Shown here one piece after another: positions 1 through 8,101 of a stretch of 64,000 bases of DNA. Location: the NCBI GenBank assembly GCA_045643465.1, contig JAZUKV010000021.1, positions 89,701 through 153,700 on the forward strand, given 5' to 3'. The translations under genes and the position numbers were made by a program. The notes below the pieces were generated by a model that saw nothing but the letters and a program-made list of their open reading frames with translations, searched no databases and was not told where the DNA came from. The stretch comes from Clostridia bacterium. Lineage in GTDB: Bacteria; Bacillota; Clostridia; TANB77; CAG-508. How positions within the stretch are numbered: the stretch's first letter is position 1; each line of letters starts with the position of its first letter.

Positions 1-573
1 CCAGTTGATCAACCATTCCTAATGCCTATCGAAGACGTATTCACTATTACAGGTAGAGGTACAGTTGTTACAGGTAGAGTTGAAAGAGGAACAGTTAAAT
101 TACAAGATGAAATTGAAATCGTTGGATTATCAAATGAATCTAAGAAAACAGTTGTTACTGGTGTAGAAATGTTCAGAAAATTATTAGACCAAGCTGAAGC
201 TGGAGATAATATCGGTGTTCTTTTAAGAGGTATTCAAAGAGAAGAAGTTGAAAGAGGACAAGTTTTAGCAAAACCAGGAACAATACATCCACATACAAAA
301 TTCACATCACAAGTATATGTATTAACTAAAGAAGAAGGTGGAAGACATACACCATTCTTCACAAACTACAGACCACAATTCTATTTCAGAACAACAGACG
401 TTACAGGTGTTATCGAATTACCACAAGGTGTAGAAATGTGTATGCCAGGTGATAACGTAGATATGACTATAACATTAATCACACCAATCGCTATCGAAAA
501 AGGATTAAGATTCGCTATTCTTGAAGCTGGAAGAACAGTAGCTTCAGGAGTTGTACCTGACGTTATTGAATAA
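1..573 (+). CDS. tuf: Elongation factor Tu, C-terminal ~190 aa (5' end outside window)
   Basis: Frame 1 is open from nt 1 ([30 protein letters not shown]). EF-Tu domain II/III motifs GGRHTPFF and [14 protein letters not shown] are present. Stop at 571-573. Confidence 0.97.
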   Translation, partial: PVDQPFLMPIEDVFTITGRGTVVTGRVERGTVKLQDEIEIVGLSNESKKTVVTGVEMFRKLLDQAEAGDNIGVLLRGIQREEVERGQVLAKPGTIHPHTKFTSQVYVLTKEEGGRHTPFFTNYRPQFYFRTTDVTGVIELPQGVEMCMPGDNVDMTITLITPIAIEKGLRFAILEAGRTVASGVVPDVIE

Positions 574-587
574 TAAAGCTAATAATA

Positions 588-625
588 GCAAGGGTTACAG
601 AAATTTGTAGCACCTTGCTATTTTT
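588..625 (+). terminator. Intrinsic terminator after tuf
   Basis: gcaagg (588-593) pairs with ccttgc (613-618), with further inner pairing, followed by tattttt. Confidence 0.55.
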
Positions 626-665
626 GTATTTCCCACATAATTCCCATATATAAAATATTATTTAT

Positions 666-702
666 AAAAAAAAAACAGGAAAATTAAATTTTCCTGTTTT
701 TT
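666..702. terminator. Bidirectional hairpin, copy 1 (A10 - 10-bp stem - T6)
   Basis: Core is acaggaaaat-taa-attttcctgt (675-697), flanked by an A-run and a T-run. The same 23-mer recurs at 3133-3155. Confidence 0.5.
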
Positions 703-710
703 ATCTTTAG

Positions 711-912
711 GCTAACTCCACAGCTAAGCTGAGGGAGTTCCATAACACTTATAGTTATGAGAGTTGTATCAAAAAAATGATATAATACTTTTAAGTTTGA
801 TGTCTTAAAAAATAAAATAACAAAGAAAGTGATTCGTATGACAAGTTCATACACAGATAGTTTAGTACATACAACATATGAATGTAATTGCAGTATTATA
901 GGTTTAAAATAG
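711..912 (+). mobile_element. Possible IS200/IS605-family relic (subterminal hairpin plus truncated TnpA N-terminus)
   Basis: Imperfect hairpin aactcc-a-cagc-taa-gctg-ag-ggagtt at 714-739. A 24-codon ORF at 838-912 (MTSSYTDSLVHTTYECNCSIIGLK) resembles the D-S-L-x-H-T-x-aromatic-x-C start of Y1 transposases, then stops. Confidence 0.3.
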
Positions 913-942
913 ATATGTCACATGTAAATTGAAAATAAAATA

Positions 943-971
943 TTGAAAAAAGAGTTTTTTGGTGTTACAAT
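943..971 (+). promoter_or_regulatory. Sigma-A-type promoter candidate
   Basis: TTGAAA (943-948), 17-nt spacer, TACAAT (966-971). Confidence 0.45.
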
Positions 972-1100
972 GTTGTGAATAGTAAAAAAATATACATAAT
1001 AAGAAATCTAAAAATATACAATAGCATAATATTTAATTAATACTAAAGATAATATTTAGCTAGGTGCTTGTGGAGAGAGACTACAAGGTAGAATTAATAT

Positions 1101-1152
1101 AGGAGGTAGAAAAATGAACCAATACCAAGTAATTGTTCAGTTAGACTTATAG
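1101..1152 (+). promoter_or_regulatory. Candidate leader-peptide mini-ORF (12 codons)
   Basis: AGGAGG at 1101-1106, 7-nt spacer, ATG at 1114. Encodes MNQYQVIVQLDL, stop 1150-1152. It lies between the promoter and the 1199-1234 terminator. Confidence 0.35.
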
Positions 1153-1198
1153 ACATAAACAATGATTTTTGGTATATCTACGAGCCATAAAAAGTTGA

Positions 1199-1234
1199 GC
1201 AGATAGTCTTACAATAAGGATTATCTGCTTTTTT
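1199..1234 (+). terminator. Intrinsic terminator / attenuator 20 nt upstream of the 1255 gene
   Basis: gcagatagtctt-acaata-aggattatctgc forms a 12-bp stem with 2 G-U pairs, followed by T6. The SD AGGAGG at 1237-1242 follows. Confidence 0.6.
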
Positions 1235-1254
1235 ATAGGAGGAATTAGTATAAA

Positions 1255-1806
1255 ATGTATAAAAATAAAAAAATAATATATATTTATGGAGCTAGTGGTG
1301 CAGGTTCCACTACATTAGGAGAGGCAATTATAAAAGAGAATAATGGTGTTCAGTTTGATACAGACTATTATTTTTGGAAACATTATAATGAACATCAAAA
1401 AAGAATGGATGATATGATTAATGATATAAAATCATGCAAAAGCAATTTTATGGTTATTACAGGTAGCTTTTGGAATTGGAAATGTGATTATTCTGAATTA
1501 ATAGATTATATAGACTATTATGTAAGAATAGTTTTGAATCACAATATTAGAATGGAAAGATTATTAAAAAGAGAAAAAGAAAGATATGGTAGTAGAATTG
1601 ATTTAGGTGGAGATTTATATGAAGTTAATAAACAAAGAATTGAATGGGCAAATAATTATGATAATGGAGGAATAGAAATAAGAAGTTTAAAATCACATAT
1701 GTATTATGAAGAAATTTATCATATTAAACCAATTATTATAGATTCAGCTAATAGTGTTAATGAAAATGTAAAAACAATAAAAAAAATATGGAGGGGAAAT
1801 GAATAA
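1255..1806 (+). CDS. P-loop NTPase/kinase-like protein (adenylate-kinase/FlaR-like fold), Walker A lacks Lys
   Basis: N-terminus is IIYIYGASGAGSTTLG followed by FDTDYYFW. Good SD. Size of 183 aa is typical of small nucleotide kinases. Confidence 0.6.
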   Translation: MYKNKKIIYIYGASGAGSTTLGEAIIKENNGVQFDTDYYFWKHYNEHQKRMDDMINDIKSCKSNFMVITGSFWNWKCDYSELIDYIDYYVRIVLNHNIRMERLLKREKERYGSRIDLGGDLYEVNKQRIEWANNYDNGGIEIRSLKSHMYYEEIYHIKPIIIDSANSVNENVKTIKKIWRGNE

Positions 1807-2869
1807 GTTGGGATATGGGTTATCTAAATTACCGACAAAATCAGATAATACAATCGATGAAGAAAAATCAATGAATCTTATAGAATATGCTTTGAAATGT
1901 AAAATTAATATTTTTGATACATCGCCTTTTTATATGAATGGACAAAGTGAATGTATTGTAGGGATGACACTAAAAAAAAATAAACAATCTCAAATTATTA
2001 CAAAAATTTCCTTAAAAGAAATAAATGATAAAGAAGATTTTTTGCGAGTGTTTAATGAGCAATTACAGAAATTGAATAGAGAATATATAGATTATTACCT
2101 GATTCATGGATTTGATAATAATAGAATTAATAAGTTTAAAGATATTAAAATAAATCAATGGTTAAACGAACTAAAAAATAGTGGGAAAATTAAAAATATA
2201 GGTTTTTCTTTTCACGGAAAATTAAATTTAATAAAAGAAGTTATAAAAATTTATAATTGGGATGTTTGTATGGTTAAATTTTCACCTTTTGAAGAGAATT
2301 TTGAGATTGGATATAATGGTATAAATTTATTAAAGGAAAACAAAATAAAGATTTTCATAATGCAACCGTATTTTGGTGGAATTTTTACGGATTTAGTAAA
2401 AAAAATAGATGAGAAAAAAGGAATGTTTTATTCTATATGGGATAATTATAAAATGGATACGATATTTTTTGGAACAAAGAGTATTACACATTTAAAAGAA
2501 AATATTGATATTTTAAATGATTATTATGATATAGATAAAAAAGAACAAGCTTTAAAAGAGTTTAATAAAGTAAAGGAAAATTACATTTCTAATAAAACTA
2601 TAAAGTGTGATGGATGTAGTGAATGTATTTGTTGCGAAAAAAAATCGCAATTCCATATATATTTATAATATATAATGTTTTTAAAATTACAGGAAACCAG
2701 AATAAATTTATACATGATTATGAAAATATAGTAAAAAAACATGGAAATTTCCGGAAATATTTGTGATAATTGTGGGGAATGTATAAAGAACTGTAAAAAT
2801 AAAATAAATATATCAGAATATATTAAAAATATACATAAAGAGTATATTGAAATAAAAGATAAACAATAA
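1799..2869 (+). pseudogene. Aldo/keto reductase with C-terminal 4Fe-4S domain, disrupted by two frameshifts
   Basis: AKR motifs are present (DTSPFY, ITKIS, YYLIHG). The first Cys cluster CDGCSEC..C runs into an A8 tract (2637-2644) and frame 0 stops at 2668. The sequence continues in another frame (IAIPYIFIIYN...), then returns to frame 0 (ICDNCGECIKNCKNKINI...), ending at 2869. Confidence 0.6.
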
Positions 2870-2911
2870 ATATGATTTTATAAAACGAATGCATGATAAT
2901 ATTTTATAAAT

Positions 2912-2986
2912 ATGATTGCTGATAAAACTATTGAAGTTGAAGATGGCGAAGTAACAGTTTTTCACGGGAATTATGAAAAAAAATAA
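2912..2986 (+). pseudogene. Short fragment resembling the C-terminal end of an ABC-F/ABC ATPase domain
   Basis: MIADKTIEVEDGEVTVFHGNYEKK resembles the ...i.l.dG.l..y.GNY... end of ABC-F ATPase cassettes. There is no upstream ATPase body. Confidence 0.3.
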
Positions 2987-3126
2987 ATAATACAGTCATG
3001 CAAGATTATATTACATAGTTTTTATCATAATCATGTATACTTAGTCATAGTTTTACCACAAAAAAAGCCAATAACTTGAAATCATGAAGGTTACAATCGA
3101 TTTACAGCTCACATAAAAGGAGTAAT

Positions 3127-3161
3127 AAAAAAACAGGAAAATTTAATTTTCCTGTTTTTTT
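3127..3161. terminator. Bidirectional hairpin, copy 2; terminator of mutS2
   Basis: A7 - acaggaaaat-tta-attttcctgt (3133-3155) - T7, located 7 nt beyond the mutS2 stop. Confidence 0.6.
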
Positions 3162-3167
3162 ATTAAA

Positions 3168-5540
3168 TTATTTGATAGTTACAATAGTTACACCCATTTC
3201 ACCTTCACCAAAAGTTCCTAATCTAAATGAAGAAACGTGAGGGTGATTTTTTAAATATTGATGTATTCCTTGGCGAAGTTTTCCAGTCCCTTTTCCATGC
3301 ACTATTCTAACTGTTTCAAGATTTGACAAAGCTGAGTCATCTAAAAATTTATCAATAATAAAAATTGCATCTTCAACATTTTGTCCAATAACATTAATTT
3401 CTGTTGTAGCTGTTTTAGATTTTAAGTTTTTTGAAGAAATTTTAGTAGTAGATTGTGTATTTTTAGTTGCTCCTTGTTGTTTCAAAACTACTAAATTATT
3501 AATAGTAACATTCATTTTCATATTACCAATTTGAATTTGAACTTCATTTGATTTATTAGGATTACTCAATAAAATTCCTTCTTGATTTAAAGTTTTTACT
3601 AAAACATGCATACCTATTTGAAGGTCTTTAGGAGTTTCAGATATTTCAGCATTACTATTATTTTCAGCAGATGAAATATCCTGAATATTTTCATTAAGTT
3701 TATTTCTAAGTAAATTAGCATTTTTTAAAGCATCAGAAGTTTCTGTTTTATATAATTGATTTAAATCTGAAATTATAGAGCTAGCATTTTTCTTAGCATT
3801 TAATAAAATTTCTCTAGCCTGCGATTTGGCTTTTTCAATTATTTCGTTTTCACGAGTTGTAAGAGCATTTAATTTAGTATCTAGTGATTTTCTTAACATT
3901 TCAATTTGATTAGAATTTTGTTTAATTAATTCTTTTTCTCTTTCAATTTCAACTTTATCGTCATAGATATTTTTAATTAGCTCTTCTAAATTTACAGTAT
4001 CATCTTTCATTAAGGATTCGGCTCTTTTTAATATAGAATCAGGCATTCCTAATCTTTTTGTTATAGCAAAGGCATTGCTTTTTCCAGGAACACCAACTAA
4101 TAATTTATAAGTAGGTTTTAAATGCTCTATATCAAATTCAGAGCTTGCATTTTCAAAGCCATTTGTTACAAGTGCATAGTTTTTTATTTCTTGGTAGTGT
4201 GTTGTAGCAAGTGAAATTGCACCTAAGTTGTGAAAATATTCTAAAATACTAATTGCTAAATTAGCTCCTTGTAAAGGATCTGTGCCAGATCCTAATTCAT
4301 CAACTAAAACAAGACTTTTGGCAGTTGCTTGTTTATAAATATCAATAATGTTTAACATATGTGAAGAAAAAGTACTAAGAGATTCTTGAATACTTTGTTC
4401 ATCTCCAATATCTGCAAAGACATTATCAAATACACAAAGTGAGCTACCATCTTTAGCTGGAATGTGAAGTCCACAATAAGCCATTAAGCATAATAATCCG
4501 GTAGTTTTTAGGCAAACTGTTTTTCCTCCAGTATTAGGTCCTGTAATAATAAGTGATGTAAATGATTTACCAATTTCTATATCAATTGGTATAACTATAT
4601 GTTTATCTATTAAAGGATGACGAGCTTCTTTTAAATCTATAATTTTTTCTTCATTTATAATAGGCTCTATACAGTTATTATCTTGTGAAAACTTAGCTTT
4701 AGCGAATATTAAATCAAGATTACCAATTGCATCAATCGATAATTTTAAATTATTAACAATCGGATATATAAGTTCAGAAAGATTTTTTAATATTTTTTCA
4801 ATTTCGATATTTTCTTCTAATTGTAGGCTATGAATTTGATTATTCATTTCGAAAATAGAAATAGGCTCTATAAAAACAGTAGAACCACTATATGACATAT
4901 CATGAATAAAACCTTTAATATTGTCCTTATATTCGATTTTAACAGGAATAACATATCTATCATTTCGTATAGTTATGATTGGATCCATCAAATATTTTGA
5001 ATAAGATGACGAATGTATGTATTTATTTAAAGTATCTTTAATAGAATTTTCTAAAGATAGTTTTTTTCTACGAATATTATGCAATGTTGAAGAAGCTTCA
5101 TCAGAAACAGTGTTTTCATCGATAATTGATCTAAAGATGGTATTTTCTAAATCAGTATTTGAATATAAAAGTTCAAAATAATTTGCAATACAGTCATATT
5201 TAGAGCTATCTTCTACTGATGAAAAATAATTTTTTAATTCTTTAGAGATTTTTAAAATTTTTCCAACAAAAAGTAAATTGCTACAAGAAAGTGTTGAGTT
5301 ACTTGATATTAATTTTAATAATAAAGAATGATTACTTATTTCTGCAATTGGAGGTTTTCCAGAAGTTGTAATTAATTGAGATGCTTGTGTAGTTTCTGAT
5401 AAAGTATGTTTTACCTCTAATATATTGTCTGAAGGTTTTAGTGATTGAGCTAATTCTTTTCCAATTTCTGTTATACAATAAGTTTTTAATAAATTTATAA
5501 TTATTGGTAATTCTAATTTTTGAAAATATTTTTCAAACAT
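3168..5540 (-). CDS. mutS2: Endonuclease MutS2 (MutS-family ATPase with C-terminal Smr domain)
   Basis: Walker A IITGPNTGGKTV, DELGSGTDP, and a C-terminal Smr domain (VRIVHGKGTGKLR). Start chosen at ATG 5540 (GGAG SD); the upstream in-frame extension to 5606 lacks an SD. Confidence 0.93.
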   Translation of the reverse strand: MFEKYFQKLELPIIINLLKTYCITEIGKELAQSLKPSDNILEVKHTLSETTQASQLITTSGKPPIAEISNHSLLLKLISSNSTLSCSNLLFVGKILKISKELKNYFSSVEDSSKYDCIANYFELLYSNTDLENTIFRSIIDENTVSDEASSTLHNIRRKKLSLENSIKDTLNKYIHSSSYSKYLMDPIITIRNDRYVIPVKIEYKDNIKGFIHDMSYSGSTVFIEPISIFEMNNQIHSLQLEENIEIEKILKNLSELIYPIVNNLKLSIDAIGNLDLIFAKAKFSQDNNCIEPIINEEKIIDLKEARHPLIDKHIVIPIDIEIGKSFTSLIITGPNTGGKTVCLKTTGLLCLMAYCGLHIPAKDGSSLCVFDNVFADIGDEQSIQESLSTFSSHMLNIIDIYKQATAKSLVLVDELGSGTDPLQGANLAISILEYFHNLGAISLATTHYQEIKNYALVTNGFENASSEFDIEHLKPTYKLLVGVPGKSNAFAITKRLGMPDSILKRAESLMKDDTVNLEELIKNIYDDKVEIEREKELIKQNSNQIEMLRKSLDTKLNALTTRENEIIEKAKSQAREILLNAKKNASSIISDLNQLYKTETSDALKNANLLRNKLNENIQDISSAENNSNAEISETPKDLQIGMHVLVKTLNQEGILLSNPNKSNEVQIQIGNMKMNVTINNLVVLKQQGATKNTQSTTKISSKNLKSKTATTEINVIGQNVEDAIFIIDKFLDDSALSNLETVRIVHGKGTGKLRQGIHQYLKNHPHVSSFRLGTFGEGEMGVTIVTIK

Positions 5541-5655
5541 GTTTTTCTCCATTTCTAAATTTAATATTATACAATAAATAGTATCATAAAATGTGCGATA
5601 AAACAAGGTTTAGAAGTGTAACTGTATTTTATGTAAAAAGAAAATTAAATTTTAA

Positions 5656-5684
5656 TTGAAAACAAATTAAAAATGTGATATTAT
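5656..5684 (+). promoter_or_regulatory. Promoter candidate for trmL
   Basis: TTGAAA, 17-nt spacer, TGaTATTAT (extended -10). Confidence 0.4.
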
Positions 5685-5715
5685 TTTTTTGAAGATATTG
5701 AAAGAGGAAGTAAAA

Positions 5716-6216
5716 GTGAAAATTAATATTGTGATGGTAGAGCCTGAAATACCACAAAATACAGGCAATATTGCGAGAACTTGTGCAATAACAGGAGCAA
5801 AATTGCATTTAGTACATCCATTAGGATTTAAAATAGATGACAAATCTTTAAAAAGGTCAGGGTTAGACTATTGGGATAAACTTGATATAGAAGAGCATAA
5901 ATCGTTGGAAGATTTTTTAGCTAAGTATAAACCAGAAACTAATAACATGTTTTTTGCAAGTACAAAAGCAACTCATTGTTATTCTGATGTAGATTATTCA
6001 AAATATGATGAAGTTTTTGTTTTATATGGAAAAGAAACAAAAGGTTTGCCAGAAGATTTATTAAAAAAATATATTAATCAAACAATTCGTATTCCAATGA
6101 GAAATACACTTAGATCATTAAATTTATCTAATTCTGTTGCAATTATAACATATGAAATGTTAAGACAAATTGGATTTGAAGATTTAAAAGAAACTCATGA
6201 GGATTATTGGGAATAA
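5716..6216 (+). CDS. trmL: tRNA (cytidine/uridine-2'-O)-methyltransferase TrmL (SpoU/TrmH family)
   Basis: EPEIPQNTGNIARTC and C-terminal knot motifs (RSLNLSNSVAI). GTG start at 5716 is preceded by AGAGGAAG. Confidence 0.85.
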   Translation: MKINIVMVEPEIPQNTGNIARTCAITGAKLHLVHPLGFKIDDKSLKRSGLDYWDKLDIEEHKSLEDFLAKYKPETNNMFFASTKATHCYSDVDYSKYDEVFVLYGKETKGLPEDLLKKYINQTIRIPMRNTLRSLNLSNSVAIITYEMLRQIGFEDLKETHEDYWE

Positions 6217-6240
6217 AAATATACAAAGGAGGAATAAAAA

Positions 6241-6438
6241 ATGAAAGAAAAATTAGGTAAAACTGTTGTTGATGGGAAAATAATTGATTTGGATACAGCA
6301 AGTCTTGAAGAATTAGAAAATAGCTATGAAAAGATAAAAAAACAAGAAGAAGATATCCAAAACAGAGTTTATAGAATGCTTGGACTTAAAGAAAAAAAGA
6401 AAAAAGTTGAAGAAAAAGTTGAAGAAGACGAAAGATAA
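6241..6438 (+). CDS. Small charged hypothetical protein (65 aa)
   Basis: Strong SD (AAGGAGG). Lys/Glu-rich coiled-coil-like sequence. No recognisable family. Confidence 0.5.
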   Translation: MKEKLGKTVVDGKIIDLDTASLEELENSYEKIKKQEEDIQNRVYRMLGLKEKKKKVEEKVEEDER

Positions 6439-6450
6439 GAGGTGAGTTTT

Positions 6451-7497
6451 ATGGAAAATAAAGATCAAAAAGAAAATTCAGAAAATATTAATTTTAAAGA
6501 GCTAATTAATTTGTTAAATCAATTAAAAGTATTAAAAGATCAAAGAAGAGCATTGGAGCAAGCTATAGCAGAAAAGAGAAGAGAAAAAATTAATGAGATG
6601 ATTGCAGAAAGTGGAAGTATTTATCAAGGGAAAAAAGCTGAGATAAATAGATTACAAGAGATATATAAAACAGCTTTAGAAAATGCCCAGAATACGTATG
6701 GTGAATATAAAGATGAGCTAAGAGCACAAAAAGAGCAATATGAAAGTGAATTAGTGGGATATGAAGGAGATTTAACAGAATCAAAAGTAAAATTAAATAA
6801 TCTAAAAAAAGAGCCTTTTGTTAAGCAGTATGAAGAAGTATATAATAGAAATTACAATATAAGAATGAAACTTATAAAAAAATTAGATAAAACTAATGAT
6901 GAGGTTGAAATAAAATATTTAAAATCAGAGATTAAAGATATTAATGAAACATTAAAACGTAATAGAGAGAGCTTTTATAAAACAGATGTAGGAAAATCTT
7001 ATAAAGAGCTTGAAGATAAAAAAATAATGGCTGAAGATGGAATTTATGCTACTAAAAATAATATAGCTGAAGTTAATGAAAAAGATGAAAATTTAGATAA
7101 TGATTATAAAGAATGGGTAAAGAAAATAGAAAATTCTAAAAAAGAAAAAATCGGAATGGTAAAGACAAATAAGCTTCAAACATTTATTGGGGGTATTAGA
7201 GCTAAATTAGGAATTGGAAAACATAAAGAAGAAAAAAATGTAAAAGACACCTTAAATTCTGCAATAAATGTTGCGAATAACTTTATTAATAGCGTTAAAG
7301 AAAAAGGCAAAAATGCAATGATGAATGTTAAGAATGTAGCAGATAAAGGAATGGATAAAGTTCAAACATTTGCTAAAAATAGAGAATCAGATGTAATTAG
7401 AAAATTAACTCAATTAGCAAAAGATAATATCCAAAAACAAACAGAGAAAAATAAAAAATTGGAAGAAAAGAATCATGGAGGAGTAGAAATAGGATAA
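6451..7497 (+). CDS. Coiled-coil hypothetical protein
   Basis: Long K/E/N-rich heptad-like sequence. ATG 6451 is preceded by AGAGGTGA. No recognisable catalytic motif. Confidence 0.55.
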   Translation: MENKDQKENSENINFKELINLLNQLKVLKDQRRALEQAIAEKRREKINEMIAESGSIYQGKKAEINRLQEIYKTALENAQNTYGEYKDELRAQKEQYESELVGYEGDLTESKVKLNNLKKEPFVKQYEEVYNRNYNIRMKLIKKLDKTNDEVEIKYLKSEIKDINETLKRNRESFYKTDVGKSYKELEDKKIMAEDGIYATKNNIAEVNEKDENLDNDYKEWVKKIENSKKEKIGMVKTNKLQTFIGGIRAKLGIGKHKEEKNVKDTLNSAINVANNFINSVKEKGKNAMMNVKNVADKGMDKVQTFAKNRESDVIRKLTQLAKDNIQKQTEKNKKLEEKNHGGVEIG

Positions 7498-7512
7498 AAT
7501 AGCATAAAAGTC

Positions 7513-7541
7513 TTGATTTTTTTTAATAAAAATAGTATAAT
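7513..7541 (+). promoter_or_regulatory. Promoter candidate of the rimP-nusA-infB operon
   Basis: TTGATT (7513-7518), 17-nt spacer, TATAAT (7536-7541). Confidence 0.5.
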
Positions 7542-7564
7542 AAATATGCTTAATAAAGATGACA

Positions 7565-7591
7565 GAAGAGTGGGAAAAAATCCCACTCTTC
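7565..7591 (+). promoter_or_regulatory. Leader stem-loop of the rimP-nusA operon
   Basis: Perfect 11-bp stem gaagagtggga / tcccactcttc with an A5 loop, between the promoter and the rimP SD. The U-tract is weak. Confidence 0.45.
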
Positions 7592-7617
7592 AATTATTGT
7601 ATAAGGAGGACATAGTA

Positions 7618-8085
7618 TTGGCAAATATAGAAGAAAAAATTGAAAATAGAGTATCTCCAATCATAGAAGATTTAGGATACAAACTATATGATGTTCAATA
7701 TGCAAAAGAAGGAAAAGATTATTTTTTGAGAATTTTTATTGAAAAAGAAAATGGAGAAATAGATTTAAATGATTGCGAAACAGTTAATAATGCGATAACA
7801 GATATTTTAGATGAAGATGATTATATAAAAGAGCAATATTTTTTAGAAGTTTCATCCACAGGTGTGGAGAAATTGATTAGAAAAGAAAAGCATATGCAAG
7901 AAAATTTAAATGAAATAGTTACTATAAATTTATTTAAACCAATAGATGGAAGTAAAGAATATATAGGTAAATTAACAGAATTTAATGATCAAATTTTAAA
8001 AATAGAATTGGAAGATGAAACAATTTTAGAATTAGAAAGAAAAAATATATCATTAATAAAAAAATATTATGATTGGAATAAATAA
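7618..8085 (+). CDS. rimP: Ribosome maturation factor RimP
   Basis: Position upstream of nusA. Motifs LGYKLYDVQY, YFLRIFIEK and FLEVSSTG. TTG start at 7618 follows AAGGAGGA. Confidence 0.85.
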   Translation: MANIEEKIENRVSPIIEDLGYKLYDVQYAKEGKDYFLRIFIEKENGEIDLNDCETVNNAITDILDEDDYIKEQYFLEVSSTGVEKLIRKEKHMQENLNEIVTINLFKPIDGSKEYIGKLTEFNDQILKIELEDETILELERKNISLIKKYYDWNK

Positions 8086-8101
8086 GGGGGAATTATAAAA
8101 A

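Noticed and set aside
5541-5606. N-terminal extensions suggested by the ORF track for mutS2 and several other genes
   Set aside because: The affected genes are mutS2, trmL, rimP, rng, the response regulator, the histidine kinase, spo0A, rpiA, ruvB, lepA, the sortase and the rlu gene. The extensions lack SD sequences and often run through promoters or terminators. Internal starts with proper GGAGG-type SDs match the conserved family N-termini, so those starts were used.
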